Position numbers and translations under genes: made by a program. Below, piece after piece: positions 27,922-39,746 of a stretch of 64,000 nt of DNA. Position 1 is the stretch's first letter; each line of letters opens with the position of its first letter. Location: assembly GCA_965243025.1 (NCBI GenBank), contig CBDETY010000003.1:6272001-6336000 (forward strand). Reading direction: 5' to 3'. A model generated the notes under the pieces. The model was not told the origin of the DNA and searched no databases. It saw only the letters and a list, made by a program, of their open reading frames with translations. This DNA comes from Candidatus Latescibacterota bacterium (GTDB lineage Bacteria; Latescibacterota; UBA2968; UBA8231).

Positions 27922-30380
27922 GAGGCTGCTCCTTTGCTGGGGGGTACCAGCGGCTCCGCGGTCACGGTGGCGGCGAGGCGCTCGCCGAAGTACTCGATTT
28001 CGACGCGGTTTCCCGGGGCCGCGTTCCGCACCGGCAGGTACCCGTAAACGATATGCCTGCCGACGCTGTAGCCGCGGTTGCTGCTGGTGACCGATCCGAG
28101 CACCCGCTCCCCGTCGAGGATCGGCTCCTTGCCGAGGACCACGGCCTCGGGGTCGTCGAGGGTCATGCAGCTCAGCCGGCGCTCCAGGCCCCGCTCGCGC
28201 CGCCCCAGCAGGGCGTCGCGGCCGAGGAAATTCCCCTTGTCGAGCTTCACCGTCCAGCCGAGACCGGCCTCGAAGGGATCGTATTCGGTGTGGATGTCGA
28301 TGCCGCGCAGGCGGTACCCTTTCTCGAGGCGCAGCGAGTCGAAGGCGCCGGCGCCGAGGGGGGCGATCCCGGCGGCCTGCCCCGACTCCCAGAGAAGCTC
28401 CCAGAGCTTCAATCCGTAGTCGGTTTCCGTGTAGATCTCCCAGCCCGGCTCGCCGGCGTACGACAGGCGCATCGCCAGCGCCGGCACCGCGCCGACGTCG
28501 ATGCGGCGGGCGGTGAAGCGGGGGAACGCCTGTTCGTCGAGGGGGTCGCGGCAAAGCGGCTGCAGGACCTCCTGCGCCCCGGGCCCCCAGAGTCCGAGGC
28601 CGCAGAACCGGGAGGTCGTCTCCGCGATCTGCACGGAGCCGTCGCCGGGGGCGTGGAGCCCGAACCAGGCGAGGTCGGCCGGCCCGGCCCCCGCCCCGGT
28701 GAAGACGAGGAAGCGCTCCTTTTCGAGGCGGGCGACGACCACGTCGCCGCGGATGCCGCCGGCCGCGTTCAGCATCGGGGTGTATATCACCGTTCCCGCA
28801 GGACGGTCGACCTGGTTGGCGGCGATGAACTGCAGGAAGGAAGCGGCCTTCCTGCCGCGCACCTCGATCTTCGCCAGCGGCGTCAGGTCGTACAGCACCG
28901 CGTTCTGACGGGCGGCCCTGTGCTCGGCTCCCTGGATCGGCGACCAGCCGCGGGCCTCCCAGCCGGACCGCTCGGGCCAGGACGGGTCGCATGGCAGGCT
29001 GGCGTTCGCCTCGAACCACTGCGGCACCTCCCAGCCGGCGCTTTCGAAGAAGACGGCCCCGAGCTCCCGCTGCCGCGGGTGGAAGGGGCTGAGGCGCAGG
29101 TCGCGGGGGTTCTCCATCTGCTGCAGCGGATGGATGATGTCGTACACCTCGCGGTACTGCTGCGTCCCGCGCGCCTCGACGTACTCCGGTGTCAGCGCAT
29201 GGGCGGGGAAGCGGTTGAGGTCGGCCTCGCGCAGGTCGACTTCCGGGGCGCCGGTGGTCATCCACTCCGCCACCGCCTTGCCGGCCCCGCCGGCGTGGGT
29301 GATCCAGATCGCCTCGGCGACCCAGAAGCCGCGCACGTCCGGCGACGGGCCGATCAGCGGCATGCCGTCCGGGGTGAACGAGAAGATGCCGTTGATGCCG
29401 TGGGTGAGCGGGGCGCCGCGCAGGGCCGGCAGCAGCTCGACGGCGTCGGCATGGGCGGCCTCGAAGTGTTCGGGGGTGAACTCCCTGATCGCCGGAGGCG
29501 GGGCATTCCCGTCGAAACCGGAGAGCTCCCCGGGGCGGACCAGAATGGGCTCGTGCTGGTAGGAGCCGATCCCGTAGCAGTCGGCGTGCTGGCGGAAGTA
29601 CATGGCGCGGTCCTGGTGGCGCATGACCGGGTGCGCCACCTCCCGGGTCTCCCCGGCCAGCTCGGGAAGCGGGGCGGACAAGGCGTACTGGTGCTGGACC
29701 GGGACCAGCGGGATCTCCACCCCCGCCATGCGGCCGATGCGCGGCCCCCAGATGCCGGCGCAGACCAGGACGGTGCCGGCGGCGATCCGCCCCCGCGAGG
29801 TCAGCACGGCGCGCACGCGGCCGCCGGCGACCTCGATGCCGGTGACCTCGGTGCGCCCGAAAAAAGCGGCGGCGCCGGCGGATGTCCGCGCCATGGCCCC
29901 GGCGGCGCGCACCGCCCTGGCGATGCCGTCCCCGGGGACGTGGTAGGCGCCGTGGATCTTCGTCTCGTCGAGGATGGGGACGAGCGGGCGGGCCTCGGCC
30001 GGGGAGATCAGCTCCGCCTCGACCCCCCAGGATTTCGCCGCCCCGGCCTTGCGCTTCAGGTCGCGCCAGCGCTCCGGAGTGGCGGCTACCTCGAGGCCGC
30101 CGACGGAGTGGAAGCAGGGCTCGCCGTCGAGCTCGAGGGCGTTGTACAGCCGGACGGTGCAGCGGGCGAACTCCGTCATCATGCGGGAGAAGTTGGTCTG
30201 GAACACTCCCCCCGGCGCGTGCGAGGTGGACCCGCCGGTCTCGAACAGGGGACCCTGGTCGATGACGACGATGTCGCGCCAGCCGAGTTGCGCCAGGTGG
30301 TAGACGGCGCTGCAGCCGGCGATGCCGGCGCCGATGACGACCAGCCGGGCCCGGTCGGGGATTTGCGTTGTTTCGGTCAT
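27918..30380 (-). CDS. Dimethylglycine oxidase/dehydrogenase-like FAD enzyme with GcvT-like THF domain
   Basis: VIGAGIAG, GGSTSHAPG, FSFTPDG, EAIWITHAGG, DSLRLEKGYR. Confidence 0.92.
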   Translation of the reverse strand: MTETTQIPDRARLVVIGAGIAGCSAVYHLAQLGWRDIVVIDQGPLFETGGSTSHAPGGVFQTNFSRMMTEFARCTVRLYNALELDGEPCFHSVGGLEVAATPERWRDLKRKAGAAKSWGVEAELISPAEARPLVPILDETKIHGAYHVPGDGIARAVRAAGAMARTSAGAAAFFGRTEVTGIEVAGGRVRAVLTSRGRIAAGTVLVCAGIWGPRIGRMAGVEIPLVPVQHQYALSAPLPELAGETREVAHPVMRHQDRAMYFRQHADCYGIGSYQHEPILVRPGELSGFDGNAPPPAIREFTPEHFEAAHADAVELLPALRGAPLTHGINGIFSFTPDGMPLIGPSPDVRGFWVAEAIWITHAGGAGKAVAEWMTTGAPEVDLREADLNRFPAHALTPEYVEARGTQQYREVYDIIHPLQQMENPRDLRLSPFHPRQRELGAVFFESAGWEVPQWFEANASLPCDPSWPERSGWEARGWSPIQGAEHRAARQNAVLYDLTPLAKIEVRGRKAASFLQFIAANQVDRPAGTVIYTPMLNAAGGIRGDVVVARLEKERFLVFTGAGAGPADLAWFGLHAPGDGSVQIAETTSRFCGLGLWGPGAQEVLQPLCRDPLDEQAFPRFTARRIDVGAVPALAMRLSYAGEPGWEIYTETDYGLKLWELLWESGQAAGIAPLGAGAFDSLRLEKGYRLRGIDIHTEYDPFEAGLGWTVKLDKGNFLGRDALLGRRERGLERRLSCMTLDDPEAVVLGKEPILDGERVLGSVTSSNRGYSVGRHIVYGYLPVRNAAPGNRVEIEYFGERLAATVTAEPLVPPSKGAAS

Positions 30381-30515
30381 GACGAGTCGAGCCAGTCGGG
30401 CCCCGGCCACGGCGGTTTCGGACCGGGGCGCCGCGGCGAAAATCACGGGGAGGAGCCGGGCATGCGCCAGCCTCGTTCACTTGCCCCGCCTTCCGGGCAA
30501 TACCTTCTTCGCTTC

Positions 30516-32840
<2,325 letters not shown>

Positions 32841-32853
32841 GCCGAACCGGTCC

Positions 32854-33666
32854 TCAGCCCCGGCGGGCGAGCAGCTCCCGCACCTTCTCCTCGTCCTCGG
32901 GGTTGGTGACGCCGATCCAGTCCTCGTCGGAGACGTACACGTCCATCACCAGCTTCCCCGATGAAACGAGACCGTCGATCTCGGTCGGCAGCAGGCACTC
33001 CGCCGACGGATCGCCGGCGTGCTCCGCCTTGAAGGAGGCGAGCACCTCCCCGAGCAGGCCGAGCACCGGCGGGTGGAACCCGAACAGGTTGACGTTGCAG
33101 ATGGTGTCCGGCGTCAGGCCCCTGGCCGCCATGTTGCCGCGGTCGAGGTCGAACAGCTCGGCGGCTGACTTCAGGGTTCCGTCCTCGTTGAGCTCGAACA
33201 CCCCCCGGTTCACCGTCCCTTCCTCGGGCAGCATCTTCGCCAGCGGGAACCCCACGGTCGCCGCGTTCTCCGATCTCCCCAGGTGACCGGCGAGGAGCCC
33301 GAACGCCTGCTCCCCGCAGATGTCGTCGCCGTTGCAGACCACGAACGGACCGCCGACGAAATCCCGGGCGGCGCAGACCGCGTCGACGGTGCCCCACGGC
33401 TTCCCGCGGATCTCGGGGTCGAACTCCTGCAGGGCGTAGTCGACAGGGACGCCCCTGTGCCGCGAACCGAACAGCTCCTGAAACGGGGTGCGCGTCGCCT
33501 CGCCGACCACGAACACGACGCGGGAGATACCGGCGCTCAGCGCCTGTTCGAGAATGAACTCGACGAGCCTTTCGCCGTTGGGGCCCACCCTGGCGAACCC
33601 CTTGATGCGGCCGCCGAAACGGCGCGAAAGACCCGCGACCATGCAGACAAGTGTGACCTCTGGCAT
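32854..33666 (-). CDS. Sugar-phosphate nucleotidyltransferase family
   Basis: MVAGLSRRFGGRIK, VGPNGE, KPWGT, VCNGDD, TVNRG. Confidence 0.85.
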   Translation of the reverse strand: MPEVTLVCMVAGLSRRFGGRIKGFARVGPNGERLVEFILEQALSAGISRVVFVVGEATRTPFQELFGSRHRGVPVDYALQEFDPEIRGKPWGTVDAVCAARDFVGGPFVVCNGDDICGEQAFGLLAGHLGRSENAATVGFPLAKMLPEEGTVNRGVFELNEDGTLKSAAELFDLDRGNMAARGLTPDTICNVNLFGFHPPVLGLLGEVLASFKAEHAGDPSAECLLPTEIDGLVSSGKLVMDVYVSDEDWIGVTNPEDEEKVRELLARRG

Positions 33667-34012
33667 TCGTAGAAACCGTCAGGTAATGGGGGTGAAGCAG
33701 TTGCGGAAGGGGATTCGTCCAACTTAGGCGCTGTCCGGCTGGGCGCAAACTTCCATTACGGCTCTTCCCCGGGACCGGCTCCGGGCTCGCGATAATCCCC
33801 GGCGAACCTGGAATGCGAAGCATGAGGGCGCCTTCCAACCCCGGAATCCCGGCATCGGACCGGGTTTCTGCTCCGGGAAGCGGGAATCGCGATTTCGCAC
33901 AGACCGCGGCACCCATCTCTCAGGTGCTGTCGGGCGGTCAACGCGGTATTTCAGTATCGTCCCCGGCACCGCCCAGAAGCTCCTGCCCCGACAGAAAACC
34001 CTGGAGAACGCC

Positions 34013-35389
34013 ATGGCCCGGCTGCGCCCCCTGCCCTTCGTCTTCCCTCCCTTCGATTTCCTCGAAGACGAGCGCGTCCAGGACGAGCTGATCGCCGGCG
34101 GCGTCGGCGACCTGATGCTCGTCTGGGCCCACCTCTACGACGAGCGCCCCCACCCGGAGGCGACGCCCCACCGCCGCCGAACCGATGGGCGGTTCGTCCG
34201 CGACTACTTCGCCGCGCCCCGCCGCGGGCGCCTGGTACCGGCCGCCTTCCGGGCAACCCCCGAGCTCTACGAAGGCATGAACTGCACGCCCCCGGAGCTG
34301 CCCCCCGGGATGGAGGAGAAGTCCGAGCGCCTCGGGGCCGTCATCGAGCAGCTGTCGGCCAAGGGAGTGCGGGTCTGCGTGTTCGGCTACCTCGGCGACG
34401 GTCCGGACGGCCCGGCGACCTGGCCCTCCGAGGAGTCGCGGCGCGCCCACCGCTGGGAGTACGCCGAGGCTCGCGTCCGCGACTTTCTCCTGCACTTCCC
34501 GGCGCTGGCCGGCTTCGTCACCGACGGCCCCGGATTCGGGTACGAGATCACCCCCGGCTTCACCGGCGGAGGCCCGCTGACCTTCGCCCCGCTGCCCACC
34601 GGAGAGGAGGCGGATGCCCTCGCCGCCGAGCTCGGGGCCGACCTGTCCGCCATGGAGGCGGCCTCCGGCCGGCTGCGGGACTGCCTGCGCGGACTCACCC
34701 CGGAGAAGGTCGACCTGTTCCTCGACAGCCAGGCCGGGGTCTTCGACGCCGTCGACCTGTTCATGGAGGACGACGCCGTGGTCGACCTGCTGCGCTTCAA
34801 GACCCTGGCGACCGAGCGCGAGGTCGGGGCGATGAACCGGGCCGTCAAGGCGGCCGACCCCCGGCTCGAGTACGGCATCTGCCCCCGTCTGCCCTGCTTC
34901 GTCCCCTTCCAGGGCTGCAACTTCCGCCGCCTCAACCGGTTCTGCGACTACAACCAGACCAAGCACTACCTCTGGACCGGCGGCCGCGACGGCTTCCGCG
35001 GGACCCTGGAGCGCTACCGGAACACCCTGCGGGAGTGGAACCCCGGCCTCGGCGACGACCGGATCGAGGCGCTGATCTGCCGCCTCCTCGGGGTGGAGCT
35101 GCCCGGAGACTACCGCATCGCCGACTTCGACCGCCCGGCTCCCTGGAGCTTCTTCGAGAAGGTGGTGTACCGCGAGTCGCGCAAGATGCTGTTCCGCATC
35201 GGCGACCCGGAGCGGATCTCCCCGTTCGTCGGCCTCGAGCACGGGGGCAGTCCCTGGATGACGGCCGAGGAGCTCGACTTCCTCTTCCGGGCGATGGCCG
35301 AGGCCGGGCTGACGCGCTTCACCTACTACTGTTTGAACGACGTCACCGACGAGATCTGGGAGGTGATGACGCGGTATACCGCGGACTGA
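34013..35389 (+). CDS. Hypothetical protein (possible TIM-barrel/glycoside hydrolase-like)
   Basis: 458-aa ORF with strong GC3 bias and RBS GGAGA; family not recognised. Confidence 0.7.
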   Translation: MARLRPLPFVFPPFDFLEDERVQDELIAGGVGDLMLVWAHLYDERPHPEATPHRRRTDGRFVRDYFAAPRRGRLVPAAFRATPELYEGMNCTPPELPPGMEEKSERLGAVIEQLSAKGVRVCVFGYLGDGPDGPATWPSEESRRAHRWEYAEARVRDFLLHFPALAGFVTDGPGFGYEITPGFTGGGPLTFAPLPTGEEADALAAELGADLSAMEAASGRLRDCLRGLTPEKVDLFLDSQAGVFDAVDLFMEDDAVVDLLRFKTLATEREVGAMNRAVKAADPRLEYGICPRLPCFVPFQGCNFRRLNRFCDYNQTKHYLWTGGRDGFRGTLERYRNTLREWNPGLGDDRIEALICRLLGVELPGDYRIADFDRPAPWSFFEKVVYRESRKMLFRIGDPERISPFVGLEHGGSPWMTAEELDFLFRAMAEAGLTRFTYYCLNDVTDEIWEVMTRYTAD

Positions 35390-35547
35390 GCGGGGCCCGG
35401 GCGGCCTGGCTGGGGCCGTATCCCGGTAAACGAGATAATCCTCCAACGGAACCAGTGCGGAAAAGCCCCTGAACCTGTCCAAATTTGGAGAGCCTGTTCA
35501 TCCATTCCCTTCATCTCCAGAAGACGGTCATCTTTTGGCCTCCGGGC

Positions 35548-35577
35548 TTGCTTATATGCACGTTTGTTCAGTATATT
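35548..35577 (+). promoter_or_regulatory. Putative sigma70 promoter of the ssp cluster
   Basis: TTGCTT-18bp-TATATT in an AT-rich patch about 110 bp upstream of the desulfurase. Confidence 0.45.
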
Positions 35578-35685
35578 CTGATGTGTACAACGTGAGCCGG
35601 TACCGTGTTAACACCTGAGACCAGACGGGCATTTCCTCGCCTTCCGATCTGCAAAACCCATCTCTGATTTACAACTCTCCGGCCC

Positions 35686-36873
35686 ATGAGCATGGAGCCT
35701 TCCGAGATCTATCTCGACAACAACGCCACGACTCAGCCGATGCCCGAAGTCCGAGCCGCGGTGTTGAATGCAATGGGTTCGTTCGGCAATCCCTCCAGCA
35801 GCCATGCAGCCGGCGAACGTGCGCGCGAGCAACTGCACAACGCGAGGTTGTCGCTGGCCTCTCTTCTCGGGTGCGAACCCAACGCGATCGTCTTCACCAG
35901 CGGCGCCACCGAAGCGAACAACACCGTCATCCGCAGTTTCTCCGGTACCGAAAAACGGATCGTGTCGACCTCGGTCGAACACTCATCCGTCCTCGCCCCC
36001 CTCGACAGAAGTGAGCGTGAAGGAACCGAAGTCGTGCTGCTTCCTGTCGATAGAAGCGGAATCGTCGATCCGGACGACCTGAGGGATGCGATCACCGTGG
36101 AGACCTCCCTGGTATCGATTCAGTGGGTGAACAGTGAGACAGGGGTTGTCCAACCGGTCGAGGATTTCGGGCGAATCTGCTCGGAAGCCGGGGTGCCGTT
36201 CCACACGGACGCGGCACAGGCTGTCGGAAAGCTGCCAGTTAGGCGGCGCGAACTCCCGGTCGACTTTGCGTCGATTGCAGGCCACAAGTTCCACGCACCG
36301 CCCGGTACAGGGGCTCTGTATTTGCGCGGCAGTGCTTGGCTCAAGGGTCTACTGGACGGCGGCGATCAGGAATCGGGCATGCGAGCAGGCACCGAGAACG
36401 TCCCGGGCATCGCCGGCATGGGATGTGCTGCCACCATACGTGCAGGATCTCTCCCCGAGACCATCACCCGGCTCGGCAAGCTGCGCGATCTGTTCGAGAG
36501 CGAGGTCATGGACCGGTGCCCCGGCGTGTCCCTAAACGGGGGGCGCGCCACCCGCGTGTGCAACACCACGAACCTGCTCTTCGACGGCGTGGACGGGCAG
36601 GCCCTGGTAGCCCGGCTGGACCAGCGGGGAATCCGGTGCTCGCAGAGCTCGGCATGCACCAATCACCGGCCGGAGCCCTCGCACGTGCTGCGGGCAATGG
36701 GACTGTCTGAGGAGGAAGCCTACGCAAGCGTCCGCTTCAGCTTGTCGGTGCTGAACAGCGAGGAGGAGGTGGTCGCTGCGGCCACCGCCGTGGCGGAAGT
36801 AGTGGCACAGGTAAGGGCATTTTCGGACTGGAAGGACACAAGCCAAACGGAGCTGTCGGGGGTGACCGAATGA
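35686..36873 (+). CDS. sspA: Cysteine desulfurase (IscS/DndA/SspA-type)
   Basis: YLDNNATT, GNPSS, FTSGATE, HTDAAQAVGK, PLP lysine in AGHKF, catalytic SSACT; sspA name assigned from context. Confidence 0.88.
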   Translation: MSMEPSEIYLDNNATTQPMPEVRAAVLNAMGSFGNPSSSHAAGERAREQLHNARLSLASLLGCEPNAIVFTSGATEANNTVIRSFSGTEKRIVSTSVEHSSVLAPLDRSEREGTEVVLLPVDRSGIVDPDDLRDAITVETSLVSIQWVNSETGVVQPVEDFGRICSEAGVPFHTDAAQAVGKLPVRRRELPVDFASIAGHKFHAPPGTGALYLRGSAWLKGLLDGGDQESGMRAGTENVPGIAGMGCAATIRAGSLPETITRLGKLRDLFESEVMDRCPGVSLNGGRATRVCNTTNLLFDGVDGQALVARLDQRGIRCSQSSACTNHRPEPSHVLRAMGLSEEEAYASVRFSLSVLNSEEEVVAAATAVAEVVAQVRAFSDWKDTSQTELSGVTE

Positions 36874-37778
36874 AATTCGGAGGACACGAGACCTTCCCCG
36901 TTCGGGAAGGGTGGCTGCACAAAGGGTTGAAGCTCGTCGTCGAAGAGCCCGAAAAGCTCGTTGACGAGCACGTTGCCGACTGGCTTGGCGTGGGCAGAAA
37001 CATGGCCAAGTCGATCCGCTATTGGCTCCAGGCGACAGGCCTGTGCGAGCAAGTCTCGGGGACCCGGCCTCGCAAGAGCGCCCTGCTGCAAACCACTCCT
37101 CTGGGAAGTCTCGTCTGGGAGCGCGATCCCTACTTCACCGACATAGGCACCTGGTGGGCGCTCCACGTGAACCTGATCAGCAGCGATGAGCACGCGTTCA
37201 CCTGGGATTGGTTCTTCAACAGATTCAAGCTGCAGCGCTTCGACAAGGCGGTGTGCGTCGAGGGACTGCAACGGTTCCTCCAGATGCATCGGGGTCGCAT
37301 GCCCAGCCCCCGCACCCTCGACCGGGACGTGAGCTGCCTGCTGCTGAGCTATTCGAGAAGCCTCCCGGACAGGGAGGTGGATCCGGAGGAGGCGCAGGAG
37401 TCTCCGTTCGTCGAGCTGGGCTTGCTGTCCCACTACTGGACAAGCGGGTACTACGAGGTCGACCAGGGCACGAAAGCGATTCCCGCTCATATCCTGTGCT
37501 ACTCCCTGACCAGGGCCTTCGGCGGCGACGCCCACGACGGCCCGATCCAGGCCTCGGTCCAGGAGTCGTCACACCGGCGGGGCGGTCCGGGGACCGCCTT
37601 TTGCATGACCGCGGAAGACCTGTACGAAGCCGTGATTCAGGCGGAAGACGAGCAGGTCGGTCTCGAAATCCACGGACTGGCGGGGCAGCGAAACCTCGTC
37701 GTCGAGCGACGGGAAGAAACGAACTGGCTGGATGGATATTTCAACCATGCGGGATTGGACGGGCTCCATGCAGCTTAA
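36870..37778 (+). CDS. sspB: DUF4007-family protein (SspB-like nickase)
   Basis: KFGGHETFPVREGWLHKG, LGVGRNMAKSIRYWL, DPYF, SPFVELGL; ATGA coupling to sspA. Confidence 0.9.
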   Translation: MKFGGHETFPVREGWLHKGLKLVVEEPEKLVDEHVADWLGVGRNMAKSIRYWLQATGLCEQVSGTRPRKSALLQTTPLGSLVWERDPYFTDIGTWWALHVNLISSDEHAFTWDWFFNRFKLQRFDKAVCVEGLQRFLQMHRGRMPSPRTLDRDVSCLLLSYSRSLPDREVDPEEAQESPFVELGLLSHYWTSGYYEVDQGTKAIPAHILCYSLTRAFGGDAHDGPIQASVQESSHRRGGPGTAFCMTAEDLYEAVIQAEDEQVGLEIHGLAGQRNLVVERREETNWLDGYFNHAGLDGLHAA

Positions 37779-37996
37779 AACAATATCCACGGCCAGAGAC
37801 CCTGTCTCGCAGGACTCATTTCTGCGTTCGATAAAAATCGTCTACGACGGAAGAGCCAGGTCGGATCGCCCACTTCCGTCGAGGACCGAATTGATGAATT
37901 GTTCGCCAGGCTCGTCGATCTCGTCGGCGAAGCAGAAGCGGAGAGGAGGCTGTCCGTGATTCGGCAAAAGAGGACGGAGGAATCGCTCGATGGCTA
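37768..37996 (+). pseudogene. Remnant of an SspC-like ATPase gene (N- and C-termini only)
   Basis: ATG overlaps the sspB end (MQLKT...FLRSIKIVYD). Another frame reads VEDRIDELFARLVDLVGEAEAERRLSVIRQKRTEESLDG* with its stop overlapping the sspD start. Occupies the sspC slot but is only about 230 bp. Confidence 0.65.
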
Positions 37997-38805
37997 GCAT
38001 GCAAGAGGCGTTGGAAAGCCTGTCCGACAAGAGCATCCGCCATATCGTCAGTATCTCAGGAGGTAAAGACTCTACCGCGCTCGCCCTGTATCTGCGCCAG
38101 GATTTCCCGGAGATCCCCGCGGAGTACGTGTTCTGCGATACCGGCTGTGAGTTGCCCGAGACCTACGAGTACCTCGAACGGCTGGAAGCACTCCTGGGCG
38201 TGGAGGTGCAGCGGCTCAATGCTCTCGACGATCTCAAGGTCGCGAGGAAGCCAGGTCGCAATCCCTTCGATCTCTACCTGAACGAGCTCTATGGCGGATA
38301 CCTGCCGAATCCGCGTTCGAGATGGTGCACGAGGGTGCTGAAGATTCAGCCGTTCGAACGCTTCGTCGGCGACAGTCAGGCGTTCAGCTACATCGGGATC
38401 CGCGGCGACGAAGACAGGGAGGGGTACCAATCGAAGAAGCCACCGGTGATTTCACAGCGGCCGAACATCCTGCCCGTGTACCCTTTCAAGGACGCGGGGA
38501 TGGTCCTTGAGGACATCAAGCGAATTCTGACCGAATCGGGAATCGGTTTGCCGGGCTATTACCGCTGGCGGTCCCGTTCCGGCTGTTATTTCTGTTTCTA
38601 CCAGCAGGTAGGGGAGTGGCAGAACCTCAAGGAGGTACACCCCGATCTTTTCGAAAAAGCAATGGGGTATGAGCAGGATAGCGCCGGAGACCGGGGCTAT
38701 ACCTGGGTCGACGGACGGCCGCTACTCAGAATTGCGGAGCTGGCGGAGCGGGAGGAGATCCCAGCGCCAGATCTGGCCGAAGGTTGTGCCGTGTGTCATT
38801 TGTAA
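37990..38805 (+). CDS. sspD: PAPS-reductase-family protein (SspD-like)
   Basis: PP-loop SISGGKDS, FCDTGCE, RWCTRVLKI, GIRGDE, RSRSGCYFCFYQ, C-terminal CAVCHL. Confidence 0.9.
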   Translation: MASMQEALESLSDKSIRHIVSISGGKDSTALALYLRQDFPEIPAEYVFCDTGCELPETYEYLERLEALLGVEVQRLNALDDLKVARKPGRNPFDLYLNELYGGYLPNPRSRWCTRVLKIQPFERFVGDSQAFSYIGIRGDEDREGYQSKKPPVISQRPNILPVYPFKDAGMVLEDIKRILTESGIGLPGYYRWRSRSGCYFCFYQQVGEWQNLKEVHPDLFEKAMGYEQDSAGDRGYTWVDGRPLLRIAELAEREEIPAPDLAEGCAVCHL

Positions 38806-38844
38806 CCTTGACGGTACGCCCGAATCTCGTCCTCTTACTGATCG

Positions 38845-39746
38845 ATGAATCGGGACGAGTTCCTCAAGAAGATCGAGCGCATCAACGTCTGGCAGCGTCG
38901 CGGTGAACGCGCGCCGCACAAACCCCTGCTGCTGCTGTTTGCGCTCGGACGCGTCCTCCGCATGGAAGAGCGCCTTGCCCCCTACATGCAGATCGAGAAG
39001 CGGCTCACGGACCTCCTGAAAAACTTCGGTCCGCCCCGCAAGGCGTGGCACCCTGAGTTCCCGTTCGGCCGCCTGCCCGCCGACGGACTCTGGGAGATCC
39101 CCGGGGGAAAACCCTGCCCCGCACTTCCAAGGGAGATCTTCACATCGGCCAGCTACGCAAGCGCGGGGTCCAGGGAGGTTTTCCAGCCCAGCTTTACGAC
39201 CTGCTCCGCAACCGCCCCGAACTAGTGAGAGAGGGGGCACAAAGACTCTTGGAGGGGCACTTCCCCGAGTCCCTGCACGACGAGATCCGCGATGCGGTTG
39301 GCATCCCCCGTAACTGGGTGGTTAGGGATGCGCCGCTTTCCCCGCGGCGGGACCAGGCCTTTCGCAACGAGGTCCTTTGCCAGTACCAGGGACGCTGCGC
39401 AGTCTGTGACTTCGACGTGCGTCTGGGAGAGGATCTGATCGGTCTGGAAGCCGCCCACATCAAGTGGCATGCGGCCGGAGGTCCGGACGAGGTCGCGAAC
39501 GGACTGGCCTTGTGCGGACTGTACCACAAAGCGTTCGACAAGGGCGCGCTCGGTCTGAAAGCCGATGAATGCTCAGGCTACAAGGTGCTCGTTTCCAGCG
39601 ATATCAAAGGTCAAAGCGCCCAGCGCTGGTTTCTCGATTACCACAAAACGCCTCTCCGGAAACCTCGAAACCGTTGCCTCGGCCCCGACCCCAGTTTCGT
39701 GAAGTGGCATGAGAAAGAGGTTTTCCGCCGCCCGGCTCTGACCTGA
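38845..39746 (+). pseudogene. SBD-HNH phosphorothioate-dependent (type IV) restriction endonuclease, split by a -1 frameshift at ~39105-39111
   Basis: SBD motifs RAPHKPLLLL and HPEFPFGRL..DGLWE; the -1 frame continues KTLPRTSKGDL...HFPESLH into HNH (CAVC...LEAAHIKW...NGLALC..YHKAFD). Confidence 0.85.

Noticed and set aside
27912-30515. 5' part of the 1642-aa + strand ORF
   Set aside because: Antisense shadow of the DMG dehydrogenase; only 30516-32840 has a signal peptide and recognisable domains.
35686-36873. Housekeeping iscS/nifS
   Set aside because: No iscU, iscR or mnmA neighbours; coupling to DUF4007 and PAPS-reductase genes indicates the PT role.
36870-38805. BREX type 4 or sulfate-assimilation cysH
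   Set aside because: No pglZ, brxL or cys genes; DUF4007 and the PAPS domain are separate genes preceded by a desulfurase, as in ssp.
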